A stretch of DNA of 63,586 bases, counting the filler, from Octopus bimaculoides (Eukaryota): NCBI RefSeq assembly GCF_001194135.2. It is 4 parts of 4 records of this genome, joined end to end, with 100 filler letters (N's around TTAATTAATTAA, not from the genome) between each part and the next. Parts side by side here need not be neighbours in the genome. Positions count along the whole stretch, not along the records: positions 14,130 to 37,374 come from NC_068985.1; 3 more parts are not named here. One strand, 5' to 3'. The notes beneath the pieces were generated by a model. It was not told the DNA's origin, ran no database searches, and saw nothing but the letters and a program-made list of their open reading frames with translations. Both the position numbers and the translations under genes were made by a program. Of the stretch, positions 23,412-36,770 are shown piece after piece (position 1 is the first letter of the stretch; each line of letters opens with the position of its first letter).

Positions 23412-24661
23412 TTGGGACATGCCATAAATAATGCACTTTCTTTATACTTTTATTTTGCAAAATTAAGTATGATAAACAAATTTCTTTTTAAATCTGAACT
23501 ATGCTCTCCTTCATTTTCTACAATGCTATTCCATCTCTCTGCTAGACTTGCAAGGCCTCTCTTCCCAAATTTACTTGTCCATGATGAAAAATACTCCTTC
23601 AGTACTGTTCTGACCTCATCTACATTATTCATATTTTTTCTGTCCAAATGATTTCAAAGACTGCAGAATAAATGATAATCAGATGGGGCAATGTCTGGTG
23701 AATATGGTAGGTGAGGCATAGTTTCCCATTCGTACTGCTCTAGCTTTTGGAATGTCATCTGCATTGTATGTGGCAAAGCATTATCCTGATGGAAGAACAC
23801 CTTTCGTTCTGAAACCAAAGCTTGTCATTTTCCTTCTAGCGCTGACTTAAGCCACTCAAGCTGGCCACAGTAGATTTCCTTTGTTATTGCTTGGTTTGGG
23901 CTTAAAAGTTCAAAGTGGACTAAACCTTTCCTATCCCACCAAACAGATAACAACACCTCATGCGGTTGAAGACCTTTAGCCCAGTGTCACTTGACATTTT
24001 CATAGAGAACCCATTTCTTGTCACCAGTCACTGTTCGGTCCGAAAGAGGTTCGTTCGTGAGACATGACAGCAAAGAAGAGCACGCATTCATTCTCTTTGT
24101 GCGATTAGACTCGCAAAGTTTGTGAGGAATCCATTGACCCAATTTGCTGACTTTTCCAACGGCATGCAGGTGTTGATGAATGGTTGAATGACCAACTCCA
24201 AGCTTCTCTCCTAGTTCCTTAACAGTTATGATGGGATTTTGTTCCATCAGGGTTTGTAGGATGTCCTTGTTGAGCTCGACAGATCTTCCAGGATGAGGCT
24301 TGTCTTCTAGGCTGTAGTTTCCGGCTCGGAATTTCTGGAACCCCCACTGACACTAGCTTACCCTTATTGTCCGATACCCAATTACTGCATTAATATTCTT
24401 TGCACTTTCCATTGCGTTGTTGCCTTTATTGAACTCATAAAGCAAAATATGCTGAATATGCACCTTTGTCATTTCCATTATAGTTTTGAAAAAATAACTG
24501 TTAAAATCGAACTGCACTCTTCAAAACTTGCACTAAGAATAAGGACAATGTAAAACTACTACCTGCTTTTATAGCAAGTTGTTGCAGGTAATTTATCCTG
24601 TCCCCCTCCGACTTTTAGTTCATGCAATTGAGAAAACTGCATTATTTACGTGATGACCCAA
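23412..24661 (-). mobile_element. Near full-length decayed mariner (DD34D) transposon
   Basis: TIRs TTGGGACATGCCATAAATAATGCA / TTGGGTCATCACGTAAATAATGCA, about 23/28 identical; TA at 23410-23411 and 24662-24663; transposase from ATG at 24478 with WIPHKL, VTGDKKWVLY, VWWD, HQDNA-(34)-YSPDIAPSDYHLF; several stops and a small deletion. Confidence 0.95.
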
Positions 24662-24833
24662 TAGTTGTTGTCTGCTCAGAAATAAATAGTGGAGGATTTT
24701 GACCCACGAGCCTTGTGGATTGAAACAATCATATGTTATTTAATAGTTACTGGTCATACATGTCTTACCAGAAGGTGATTTCCAAAGAGAAGCTACAGTT
24801 GGTTGTAGCCATGATGTGCTGGTCACTAAACAC

Positions 24834-24902
24834 ATCTGTTGGCTATTCACTGGTCACTCATCTGTTAGCCATTCACTGGTCACTCATCTGTTGGCTATTT
24901 AC
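24834..24902. repeat. 26-bp tandem repeat, about 2.6 copies
   Basis: CATCTGTT(G/A)GC(T/C)ATTCACTGGTCACT repeated. Confidence 0.8.
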
Positions 24903-26334
24903 TTATAAAGCATTTTTCTTTTATGTATAATATTCTGAGTTCAATTTCACTATGGTCAGCTTTCCCTTTCATTTTTCAGTTGTCCAAAATTCATTAATCT
25001 TTATCACTCTCCAAATGAATTAGAATCTTTGTACCAAATACAGGCTCCCCTCTCTTGACGACCAGGTGACATTCCTAGCTCCCATACCCCAACTAACCCT
25101 CACAGACACAGAACTCTTTCTAAAGCAAATTCAAAGCCACTGTTTTTCACAAATAGAACTTAACCTAATGACCCCATTATTTTCTTGTTTTTACATGAAT
25201 CGCTACCCCATTATCACCCCACTTTTCTTCAATGCTTCCTTGGAACTTTCCATCATCCCAGGGGGGCAGCACCACCCACTTTGGGAACCACTTGTCTAGC
25301 ATATCAACCCCAGTATATATTTCTAAGTTTGATGCTTGTTTTCCCAATGGATATTTATTGAACTGTTATTTTACATTACACAAACATCACCAGCTCTAAG
25401 CAGCATACACATAAACACACACATACATGTTCATATGCTAGACTTCCATACACTTCTGTCTCTTGAACTTCATTCAGCACATTCAATTTGAAGTTATAGC
25501 TGAAGATAATTACCTGAGGTGCTACACCATGGGACGGAACCCACAACATATGGTCTCCAAGCATGCTTTTTAACCTTACAGTTATGCTTGGTATGTTGGT
25601 AATAGAATCCACTGCTCAGTGGGGCACTAAAATTTCTTTGTCCACTAGAACTATGGTTTCAGGTGTAGCTATATGGTGTTTTTCTGATATACAAGTAAGG
25701 ATGTAGTACACTGTACAGGACCTTGCTAAAGCTTCACTGAGTGAACATACCACTGCAGAATAATACTATAGTTAATGTATTTCATTTTTACCTTAGTTAA
25801 GATTGCTTACTTCTTCAAGTCTTTAGCAGTGGTCTACCCTTGGGCAGTGGTCTACCCTTGTTTTAATATCAATTTATTATTATTGTTGTTGTTAATTTAA
25901 GTGACATGCAATCAGTAGTCTTTAAGGAGAGGCGGCAGCCAATAAATAGATCAGTTATCAATCTTTTAAGAATCAGGACTGCTTCTGTCCAATCATTGAT
26001 CCTGTCACCTTGATACAACTTTCTGACATTCATTGCAGTTATGCTTTTCTTCATATCAGCAACCTTTTTAGTTTCCTCATCTAATCATACCTTCACTCCT
26101 ATGTAGATAACAACCACTCCGTACCCGTCGAACACATTCTGCATTTAGATTAGACTTAATCTGCAAGTAACTATAGTGGCTGACTTAGACCCAATTGAGG
26201 CTTCATATGAGCCAATGAAAAAGCTCTTTGTAGCTACTCAGTCTGCTAGAAATAGAAACAAAATTTCTCTCAAATCACAGACAACCAGATTTAAAACGGA
26301 AGGTTACATTGACTAATATAGACCTAGGTATATC

Positions 26335-26520
26335 ATCTTCATCATTTAACATCCGTTTTCCATGCTGGCATGGTTTGACAGGAGCTAGTAAGGCCAGGAG
26401 CCGTACCAGGCTCCATTGTCTGTTTTGGCAAGGTTTCTACGGCTGGATGCTTTTCCTAATGCCGACCACTTTACAAAGTGCACTGGGTACTTTTTATATG
26501 GCACCAGCGCTGATAGGGCA
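26335..26520 (-). mobile_element. Family D retroposon 3' end (RTE-like tail, (GAT)n terminus)
   Basis: CATCATTTAACATCCGTTTTCCATGCTGGCATGG...GGCTGGATGC..TTCCTAATGCC shared with 36480, 43335 and 58943. Confidence 0.7.
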
Positions 26521-26924
26521 TGTGATACCGACAAAATTGGGATGGGTATAATTGGAAATCTTTGAATCATAAATCTGCTTAAGTTTGATTCCACTTCATA
26601 GCACCTTGGGCCAGTCTTCTTCTGTGGCTTGGTGACTGAAATTGTATGAATGCTTATTGGATGGACTGTGTTTTTTCTGGGACAACAGGCTTAATGTGTT
26701 GTTCCTGGTTCTTGGGTTCCTTTAGCAGAATCCGTTTCCTTGCAAGCATTCAGACTGGGTCTCCAGTTTGAAGAATATTCTGATGCTTCCTATGGCAACA
26801 AGCCATGAGTAATAACTCTTCCTCTCTTTTTCCCCACCAGTCTTACAATTCCTGTAAAAGTAGGTCATGCACTCTGCCCCCCCCCCTTCCTCCGACTAGT
26901 AATAACTTCCATTCCATCAGTTAC

Positions 26925-27200
26925 AAAGACGAGGGTTCCACTTGATCTGATCACTGGAACAACCTCCTCGTGGAATTAACATGAATCTGGCTGAACACTC
27001 AACAGACATGTGTGCCCTTAACGTAGTTTTCAAGGGCATTCAGAGTGATGCAGAATATGACAAGGTTAGTCCTTTGACATACAGGTACTATTCATTTTTG
27101 TCAGCTGAGTGGACTGGCGCAACATGAAATAAAGTGTCTTGCTCAAGGATACAACATGCTGTCAGGAATCAAACTCAAGACTTTATAATTGTGAGCCGAA
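26925..27200 (-). mobile_element. SINE, core C with the 6738-type tail
   Basis: Collinear with 2320-2630; CpG-depleted. Confidence 0.75.
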
Positions 27201-28589
27201 GACCCTAAAAGCTAAGCCTTCAAAAATCATTCTTCAGCTTAATTTCCTTAAACCTTTTGATATCAACCCACCTGAAACCACCTCTGGCAGTTTCAGGTGG
27301 GTTGGTCTTGTTTTCAAAAGTTTTGAATTAAAGTCACCCACCAAACCTTAGTCACAATTTATGTTCCTAACACTAGCTTAATGATAACTAAGTTATTTTA
27401 CTAAATTCTTTGTTATATTTAAAGTAAATGAAAGAAACAGAGAGCATCTCAACAGAAACCTGGTAAGAAAAGGGTTAAAATAAATAATAGGAAAACAATT
27501 CTTAACACATAAAAAAGCACCCACTACACTCTCGGAGTGGTTGGCATTAGGAAGGGCATCCAATTTAATAATGTCATTCTTCTTCTCCCCGATATTACGC
27601 TAAACTTTTTTTTTCCATGCCTACCTCTCCAGAACTACTTCATTTGGAAATCCTAAACTACGAAGCTGAAAGAATATTAATATAAATCTGTTAAACATGA
27701 CTTAGCTCTTTGCTGCTCATAGTTTATTTTATGTACAAATTGAGGCTGTCTCCAGGAAACTGGAAAATCCTGAAATCTGGGCCACTTCCGGTCCTAAGCT
27801 TGCCAGATATTTGGTCCGGCACTGTACCTAACACCTTTGGTTTAACTAACAAAGTAGATACTTTCTAAAATTTAATCTGTATTGTTTGCAGTGAATGCAT
27901 TCTAAGACAGCTACAGTCATATTGTTCACCTGGATTAAGTTGGCAGACATCTTTATAACAAACGATAATTGACAATATTTCAGTGTTATCAATGACATAT
28001 TGTATTGAAATACAAAGTTTATTGTATCAAATTCTGTACTGTCACTTTCAAATATACAAATCTTTTGCAACTCATAAATTGATTTGTGTGTTGTTTTCTA
28101 TTGTTTTGTGTGAAAACCAGTTATTTGAAAGGCAAGAACCTTACAGTCCGGGTATATAGGTACAAGTTCAGAAATGCCGATACCATTTCACCAAAATGAC
28201 CTACTTACTGTTGTTTGTAGTGAACATGTTGAGCTTGTTGCTCGACGCGTCTTTCCCTAGTATTGTAGTCTCCAAATTAGAGAGTTAGCATTTCGCTTCC
28301 ACCCTCAGCCTTCTGTAATCAGTTAAGGGTTGGTTTCAGTTCCCTCTCTGTCGGATTGCACCCCAGTCACTTAGCTCCAGTGTACTTCATACACAGCTGC
28401 ACAACTGTTACAACTCTTCTTCAAATTTGAACTCTGACCCACATTAGAATGGATTAACAGTAACACCAAGTGAATCCAGTTTCCTGGCGATTTAATGCTG
28501 GAGAGAAATGCATTATGTTAAGTAGGAAGTAATCTTGTGGCATGTCATCACCATCATCACCATCATCATCATCATCAAAGGTACAGGTA

Positions 28590-28930
28590 AGAAGTTTGCT
28601 TCCCATCCATGTGGTTCTGGGTTCAATCCCACTGCATGGTACCTTGGGCAAGTGTATTCTACTATAACCTTGGGCCAACCAAAGCCTTGTAAGTGGATTT
28701 GGTTGGGGGAAACTGAAAGAAGCCTGTTGAATGTCTGTGTATGTCCCATCATTGCTTGACAACTGGTGTTGGTGTGTTTATATCCCTGAACTTTGCAGTT
28801 TGGCAACAGAGACTGATAGAATAAGTACCAGGCTTAAAAAATAAGTCCTGGGGTCAATTCATACTTCTGAAATCCTTCAAGGTTGTGCCCCAGCATGGCC
28901 GCAGTCTAATGACTGAAATGAGTAAAAGAA
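28590..28930 (+). mobile_element. SINE family A copy, CpG-depleted
   Basis: Head GGTTCTGGGTTCAATCCC, core CCTTGGGCAAGTG, tail CAGCATGGCCGCAGTC. Confidence 0.8.
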
Positions 28931-29164
28931 TAAAAGACTCATCATCATCATGTCATGCATAAAAATATCTCAACTCTTTGTCCTAGTTTGTAACACTTCC
29001 ATGACCTTCACATTGAGGAATTTAAAACTTAACCAAGTCAATTTGATGTCAGTTTGAACAGTCATTGGTGTAAAATTCAACAGGACTAAGTCAGGCATAA
29101 CGTTGATCATCAATCTTATCTTCCACAGAAAGAACAAACACTTCAGTATTTAAAATGACCATAT

Positions 29165-29365
29165 CTGACTCAAATATTCTTCCTGTTCTACATTCAAGCC
29201 AGCCAGATCTGGCCTCTCACACTTGCCTGACGATGTCATTCTAAAAGATAAAATAATTGCATCATTGAAATCTCAGTACTACAAGATAATGCCTGATTAA
29301 TTGAAAGCAATGTGAAAAAACAAGAATTATATTTGACAGAGTGGACTTGAATGCTAAAGGGTTAG
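29165..29365. repeat. Dispersed repeat; inverted copy at 31740-31975
   Basis: GCCAGATCTGGCCTCTCACAC...ATGTCATTCTAAAA...GAATGCTAAAGGGTT is the reverse complement of the 31740 copy. Confidence 0.7.
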
Positions 29366-30341
29366 AACAGTTGTGAATCACTAAAGTAAGTGCTTATTCC
29401 ACATTGTGTTAGGCCCTGCTGCTAACACAATGCGGAATGCAGAAACAGAATGCTGAACCTGAAACTGCAGTTCAAGGTTTGGAGAGCTTCTGTGCTTCCA
29501 GACATCTCTCTCCTCTGCCGTACTCCATCTTAACACTTCCCATATTTGCTAGCATTCTCAAACACCCTCCTATATCTATGCTTGTCTTTCACTCCCTATT
29601 CACACCATTATCTACTCAACATCTCCCTCTTCCCTGCCTCTCCACCTTGCCTTATAATCCAGCTCCCTTCTTAATTTACTCCACCACTCTTTTCCTTTTA
29701 CACTCCTATGAAACTAACTCCCCATCCCCAAACACCAGATTCTCTCTTGGGCTCACCTTCTTGTACTTTGAGAATGTGCTCTGACACCCTACCTCTACCA
29801 TTTTTATCTTCTCCCATGTTTCTTCACCATGTTTCTGTGTTCCCCTGTTACTACTGGGAGATGATGCCTCTACACCACGCCCGCCAACCCATGGGTCTGT
29901 TTGGAGTAGTCCTTACTTATGAAGGTCTTATGAGGTCAGAGTGCAAATCCTTCCTCAACCTCTTTTAGTTACCTTTTATGGTCTGCAGAGGAAAACTATG
30001 AAAACTGTGACACACAAAGGAAAACTCATAGAAACAAGGATAAGAAGAAACTATTAAATTATTTAATAGTTCATTTTGGTCCCAAGTCTGGATACATTTA
30101 CAGAAATTATATCACTCATGGTTTGCAGGTTTTATATTCATTCATATCATGTCTGTTATGTTGCTTTGTTATTTTCTTGTATTTGTTTTGTTTCATTGTG
30201 TTCTTCACCATTGTTCCAAACTAAAATGTTCTGTAATTATTTATAACTTGTCACTGATGTTAATCAATGGAAACTTTTTTCCTCAGCTCTGTGATGGACA
30301 TCGTCTGCTCACCTCTCTTTCATCTTGATTACACTCTGGTT

Positions 30342-30573
30342 CAGTGGTTTTCAGCCGTTTTAATATCTGGGCCAGAGCCAAATCCTGGATTTTTTTTTTA
30401 AGGGGTCACACCAAAAACAACTAAAACACAAGTCAATTAAAGAAAAAATTATTATTGAGAAAAGACTGTAGAGGGTTGCTGGAAGGATGCTTGAGGGCTG
30501 CATGAGGCCCTGGGGGCTGCATGAGGCCCTGGGGGCTGCATGAGGCCCTGGGGGCTGCCATTCAGAACCATTG
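30342..30573. mobile_element. hAT (Charlie-like) MITE with an internal 20-bp tandem repeat x3
   Basis: Ends CAGTGGTT / AACCATTG; degenerate 8-bp flanks CTCTGGTT and CTTTAGAT resemble the NTCTAGAN target; unit GGCTGCATGAGGCCCTGGGG three times. Confidence 0.55.
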
Positions 30574-30654
30574 CTTTAGATATACAACTCTTCACTGATG
30601 AACCCCAATGGCTTTGCAAGCAGTTTCACCACCATATCCTACTTTTTTTTTAGC

Positions 30655-31020
30655 CATGGGTCAGACTGGTTATCTGCAGGTCATTTCTTTCTATCTCTTG
30701 CTGTCATTCCCCTCTTTTGTTTGTTTCAATCTCTTGAGATTAATCTCTGCAACTTCCCTCTCTGTTTCTTCCTTTTCTTTAGGTTCCTTTCTTTCCGTAT
30801 TTGGCACTTCTCACCTTTTGTCATCATCCATGTGCCATACACATGCCCATGCCAGTGCAATCTTTTCTCTTACCATTTATCTGATTCCTCACTCTGTTGT
30901 TCATCCTGTAAAGTATGCTCACTACATTTCGTAGAAGTCAAATTTAAACGCACCACTCCATTTGTGACCATTGCTCCTGATCTGTTATCATGCTATATTC
31001 CTTCAAGACATTGCTCTTCA
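30655..31020 (-). mobile_element. Decayed RTE-type LINE 3' fragment
   Basis: Minus strand GIR*MVREKRLHWHGHV matches the RTE RRLRWFGHV motif region. Confidence 0.6.
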
Positions 31021-31739
31021 CTTGCAGAATGAATCCCTTTGTTAGCAGCAGAGTTAAGAAATAACTCCCAGAATTGTTTCCATTCTGTTGTTCTAGCCAT
31101 TATGATTTCAGAATGTTAAGTTGATGATTTCAGTTTGTCTTTTCTCACAGAATGGGACAGAATTAAGCTTTGTTGTTTGTGAAGACAAGTGATAATAACA
31201 GAAAAAGAAAAAAAATTCATGAAGTTGAAAAGGGCAAATAATTTTTGTGTCTTGGAAATTCAGTAACTGATATTTGAAGATGGAAGCATTTCCAACATGT
31301 TAAATCAGTTGTGTTGTATGGTTTTGAGTGCTAATGTTTTAAAGGGTATATTGAAAATTTGTTTTTTTATATAATGGTTGTTGTAGGAATCTATGCCTCA
31401 GTTTACAAGCCAAGAAAATTCAAATGTTTTTTTAGGACAAATTGCCTCAGTATGGTACTTGCTAATTAATCAAGTGATGACATTTACATCTGTCATATCA
31501 TAATTAATACAGCAATATGCTACACTGCAGAAGAAGAGAATTAATTCTAGGATATTGATTTGTAAGATATGAATCTCTAATGGGACAGACCCTGGAATGT
31601 GACTCAATAATGGAATAAAGAACAAATCAATTGTTAGAACATCGAAACCATGGTTTGGATAGTTGTTAAGGTGGAAGCCAAACTTGTGAGATGTGAGTAG
31701 TTTTCATTCCTTGAACACCTGGCAACATGGGTCTCTCTG

Positions 31740-31975
31740 ATTTCAACCCTTTAGCATTCAGACCACTCAGTCAAATTCATTGCTTATTTATTCACATTGT
31801 TTTTAATTAATCATTCTTTTAATTAATCTTGTAGTTTCTAGATTTTGATGATGTGATTATTTATTTTTAGAATGACATTGCAGGGTAGGTGTGAGAGGCC
31901 AGATCTGGCCAGTTTGAGCATAAAACAGGTAGAATATTTAGGCCAGATATGGTTGATTTAAGTGCTTAAGGATTA
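31740..31975. repeat. Dispersed repeat; inverted copy at 29165-29365
   Basis: See the 29165 feature. Confidence 0.7.
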
Positions 31976-32278
31976 AATAACAACTAGGAAGCTAAAATGG
32001 TAATAATACAATCGTTTAAGGATTAGCTTGGTAAGCTTAAGCCTGACTTCTACTAATGGTATGGTTTTCAGTGCTGGGCCCTTCCAAGCTTTTTGTTCTC
32101 ATGGTAAGGATCTCTGCCAAGCTGCTTGTTCTAGTTATCGTGTGCTTTTCCCGTTTTATTGTCCGAATGGTGGTGGTGGTCCCTTCCAAGCCTGTGAGCC
32201 CTTTCTTAAGCATTATTACATGGTGCCAGCATGGGTGCTTTTTTAAGTGGCGCTAGCACACGTACCATCAGCATGTAA

Positions 32279-32339
<61 letters not shown>

Positions 32340-32479
32340 TGTTTGTTAGCTGAGTTGTGAGCTGTAGGCACTACTTCAATTTTCAATGAATAGAATGGTT
32401 TGGTAATGAAATAATACAATTTGGTAATTTTCCAAAGATCAGTTCTTCTACGTTCTTAGCTGTTTGTGCTTAGTGATTA

Positions 32480-32740
32480 GAATTAATTTTGATTGAAGGC
32501 TTCAATTTAGACCTCTTCAAAATGGGAAGTTTGTGTCATAGAACCATGGGCAGTCTCAGACAGATGGCTATCAAAATAATTAAACAGATTTATGTTCAAA
32601 ACCATTCGACTATGAACATCCTTCCTTTTTATTAAGCAAAGTGTACCTTGAACTACATTATCTAATGTGTCCTTTTCTAAGGAAGTAATGTGGGTTACAG
32701 AAATATATTTCCTGCAGGTTAAGTGACCCCCATACAAACC
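32480..32740. repeat. Dispersed repeat; direct copy at 35225-35470
   Basis: Shared AAGTGTACCTTG.ACTACATTATCTAAT.TGTCCTTTTCTAAGGAAGTAAT block and collinear flanks. Confidence 0.7.
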
Positions 32741-33287
32741 GAGGTCAGTGCCTCCAAATTAGCCTGAAACCACCTTCAGTGTCAGAATTGTATTCCTCTT
32801 TTCTGCTCCGCTAAAGATGCAGACAGCATTGCAACTTTAGAAAATGCTGCCAAACAGGAATTACAACAATTATGTGACTTTTTATATCACATCTATTGTT
32901 TAATTACAGGATTCTTAATTTTTCTGATGTGGTTTATTTGCAATATTCCATTCCTTCTTCACTTAATCTCAGGTCTTTTAAAAAAGAAAACACAAGCAAC
33001 AAACAACTCCTGGAAATAAATCTGTGTTATTCCTTGCGTTACAATTCTGGATCAGGTTCAAATCAAAGGGATTCTCTTTTATTGCCAACTCTTTGTTATG
33101 GTTCAGCCCTAAATCATCTTTCATTGAGCAGAAATATATAATTGTCTTTCTGCTAGACATAGTATTCTTCTTTTTCTGATGGATGCTTGGTTGCTATTTC
33201 TAGCAGGTTGATGATCATGTCGCAGCCCCTTATAATGATATCACTTTTTCATTTAAGGTTCATAATAAAATCTGATTACATTAGTTT

Positions 33288-33520
33288 GAGTGGAGGCGCA
33301 TGGCTTAGTGGTTAGGTTGTTGGACACATGATGGTTAGATTGTGGTTTCAGTTCCTGGACCAGGTGATGCGTTGTGTTCTTGAGCAAAGCACTTCATTTC
33401 ACGTTGCTCCAGTCCAGTCAGCTGGCAAGAACGAGTAATCCTGCAATGGACTGGTGTCCCATCCAGGTAGGGTATATAGACGCCATGAAACCGGGAAACC
33501 AGCTCTCAGGAGCCTGGCAT
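33288..33520 (+). mobile_element. tRNA-derived SINE, core C with a different tail
   Basis: GTGGAGGCGCATGGCTTAGTGG head; core C; tail CCTGCAATGGACTGGTGTCCCATCCAGG. Confidence 0.75.
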
Positions 33521-34180
33521 GGCTCAAGAAGATGTAGCAAAACCTGTCTTCTATAATTTCTAAGAAAATACCAATAGTTTTACAATTCCTTCATGGCAGA
33601 AAGTAACAAAGTCTTAGATTTGAATCCTACTTGCACATATGGATCTCTTCTTTTTAAATCAGTAGAACTCTTCTGCTGAAGACTTCCATACGAAGCTCTT
33701 ATCCTCAAAACAGTTCTGATATACTTATTCATTCTTTCGTTTTTCATTCTATACAGACAGATGATGGGAAAATAATAAAATAAAACACAAACAAAATCTT
33801 CAAGGTAAGAAAGTCTTAGAGAAGTATCTGTCACTGACATATTTTAATACTTAGCTCTAAGGTTTGTATTCTTTAAGAATCTGTCGAAGCTCAATGCTTG
33901 TGCAGTAACCCAACCATATGCTTTAGCTGTTTTTGTTTGTCTCATTGATTTTTTTTTTGTTTTTTGTTTGTTTTGTTCTTTTGATTTAAACAGTTTTGTT
34001 TGACTGCTTGAAGTTTTACCGTTGAAAATGAAATATTTTGCATTTACTGCTCTGCAAGATGTTTAAACATCTATTTTTATTAGGTTTATTATCCATGTTT
34101 CCACACTCGTTATAGATCATATCAGTCTGTTTGACCACAGCTGTCACAATCTATGTTAAAGGGCAGCATTCTCTGCTCCT

Positions 34181-34494
34181 GAACCATTTTGAGACAGAAC
34201 CATTTTGAGACAGAACCATTTGCGACAGAACCATTTTGAGACAGAACCATTTTGAGACAGAACTATTTGAGACAGAACCATTTTCAGACATAACCATTTT
34301 GAGACAGAACCATTTGCAACAGAACCATTTTGAGACAACCATTTGCAACAGAACTATTTTGAGACAGAACCATTTTGAGACAGAACCATTTTGAGACTGA
34401 ACCATTTGCAACAGAACCATTTGCAACAGAACCATTTGCAACAGAACCATTTTGAGACAGAACCATTTGCAACAGAACTATTTGAGACAGAACT
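34181..34494. repeat. Minisatellite of about 20 units in two interspersed variants
   Basis: GAGACAGAACCATTTT (16 bp) and GCAACAGAACCATTT (15 bp). Confidence 0.92.
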
Positions 34495-35754
34495 CACAAA
34501 TGTTTTTTTTTTTAAATTTCAACCCTAATTTTAAATGTTATGATGATTCTGTAAGTGAGGTGAATTTCTTGTCTTTAATTAAGTCTGATTTTGGTAATTT
34601 CGTCAAATATTGTAACAGAGAACATATTTCTGAGAAATTGTAAACATCAAGTCTTGAATGAGATTATTAGATTATCTGCCAGGCATGAATTTATAATTGT
34701 CTTGCATCATAATTTAATTCTAAATTATGTTTCTTACCTTCTTACAGTTATACGATTTGGAATGGGCTGATAAAGAGCCTTTATATAGTTTTTTGAGCAG
34801 GAGGAATAAACAGTCAAATCTCCTTCAAAGAACAACTATTTAAAAAAAAAAAAGGGCTGAATGTATTGATAATGTATTTGTAGATAGACTTTGTCTGCCA
34901 AAAGATGTGATGCTTGTGGATAAGACATCTCTGGGTCAGGGCTAACCTGAACTGAAAAATGAAAATCATTTCGATGAATGTTTTTTCTATGATTTACAAA
35001 AATTCAACTTTTCTAAACCGCAGTATTTCAGAGGATTGCCACAGAACTCCTGATTATTGTTGTTTAACTCCAAATCAGCTCTAGATAATCTTTTTGTAAC
35101 CATATTTCTGTTGAAATACATGATTGCGTTTCAATTAATTTTGAAATTAATGAAGACTTGAGTAAAATAATTTTGTTATTATTGAGCTTGAAACATAAAT
35201 TAATATAAAATTTTACTGGAAGGTTTCAGTTTAGACCACTTTAAAATGAGAAGTTTGTATCTGAGAACCACAAGCAGTCTCTGACAGATTGATATTTAAA
35301 TAGTTAAGCAGATTTATGATCAAAACCATTCAACCACAACCATTCTTTCCTTTTTTTTTTTTTCATGCAAAGTGTACCTTGGACTACATTATCTAATATG
35401 TCCTTTTCTAAGGAAGTAATATGGGTTTCAGAAAGATATTTCTAGAAGGTTAACTGACTCCATACAAGATTATTCATTTTCAGGGCCTTGATTTCCATCT
35501 CATTGATATATCTAATCCTGAGCTCTCCCAGAGAGAAACCAGTTCAAGTTTTGTAGATATAGATATGATGGTATTCAATACCTGATATAGCACACAAAAT
35601 GGGACATAATATTGTTCTATATTTAAGAGGTGAGGAATTATATACGTTATGTACTTTATTTACATTATTTACATTTGATGGATTGTAAGAAAAAGCTTTG
35701 TTTTAGGTAAACATTACACAAATGCAGCTTATGTAGTGCAGAAAAGAAGCTATT

Positions 35755-36125
35755 TTTTACTTGTTTCAGTCATTAGACTGTGGCCATGCTGGAGCACCAC
35801 CTTGAGGAATTTTAGTCAAATGAATCAACCCTCACTGCTTTTTGTTTAAGTCTTGTACTTATTCTATTTGACTCTTTTGCCAAACTGCTAAGTTACAGGG
35901 ACATAAACACACCAATACTGGTTGTCAAGTGGTGGTGGTGGGGGGACAGACACAAGGACACAACACACACACACACACATACAATGGGCTTCTTTCAGTT
36001 TCCATCTACCAAATTCACTCACAAGGCTTTGTTCAGTCCAAAGCTGTAGTAGATGACACTTGCAAGATACCATACAGTGGGACTGAACCTGGAACTATGT
36101 GGTTGGGAAGCAAGCTTCTTAGCAC
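35755..36125 (-). mobile_element. SINE family A copy, CpG-depleted
   Basis: Collinear with 38195-38565 but with CG changed to TG/CA (GCCAAACTGCTAAGTTACAGGGACATAAAC). Confidence 0.82.
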
Positions 36126-36479
36126 ACAGCTACAACAGAGATGAGACATTCATTACATGCTCCCATAGAAAACTGTATAGAGTAAACCCCTTTCATTCTA
36201 AAAGTATTGACTCCTCAGTAAAGTGACCTCAGAACAATCATGTAAGCTTCCCGTAGTTAATTTTCCCGGCGATTATTTAAAAGAGCATGACATCACCTGT
36301 GCAGATTGTTGTTCTGACCACCAAAGTATTCGGTTGAGGAACAGGTTCGTGTGCTGTGTCTTCAAGAATAGTTGTTGTTTTTGAATAAATTCTTGCATAA
36401 AAATTCATTATTCTAACACGGCGCACAAACTTTTTCCTCAACCTAATATAATGCCTAGTTCATTGTGCAATGACTTACA

Positions 36480-36770
36480 ATCATCATCATCGTCGTTTAA
36501 CGTCCACTTTCCATGCTGGCATGGGTTGGATGGTTTGACTGAGGGCTGGCAAGCCAGAAGGCTGCACCAGGCTCCAGTCTGATCTGGCAGTGTTTGTACA
36601 GTTGGTTGCCCTTCCTAATGCCAACCACTCTGAGTGTCTAGTGGGTGCTTTTTACATGCCACCGGCATGGGAGCCAGTCAGGCAGCACTAGCAACAACCA
36701 TGCTCGAATGGTGCTTTTTACGTGCCACCAGCACGGGAGCCAGTCAGGCAGCACTGGGATCGATCATGCA
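36480..36770 (-). mobile_element. Family D retroposon end with a duplicated internal ~70-bp block
   Basis: (CAT)n then CGTTTAACGTCCACTTTCCATGC; GTGCTTTTTAC.TGCCACC.GCA.GGGAGCCAGTCAGGCAGCACT twice. Confidence 0.72.

Noticed and set aside
25230-25300. hAT-like right end TTTGGGAACCACT(T)G followed by TCTAG
   Set aside because: I could not find a matching left TIR or TSD, so no element could be delimited
34181-34494. CRISPR-like appearance of the regular array
   Set aside because: No unique spacers; eukaryotic context; simple minisatellite
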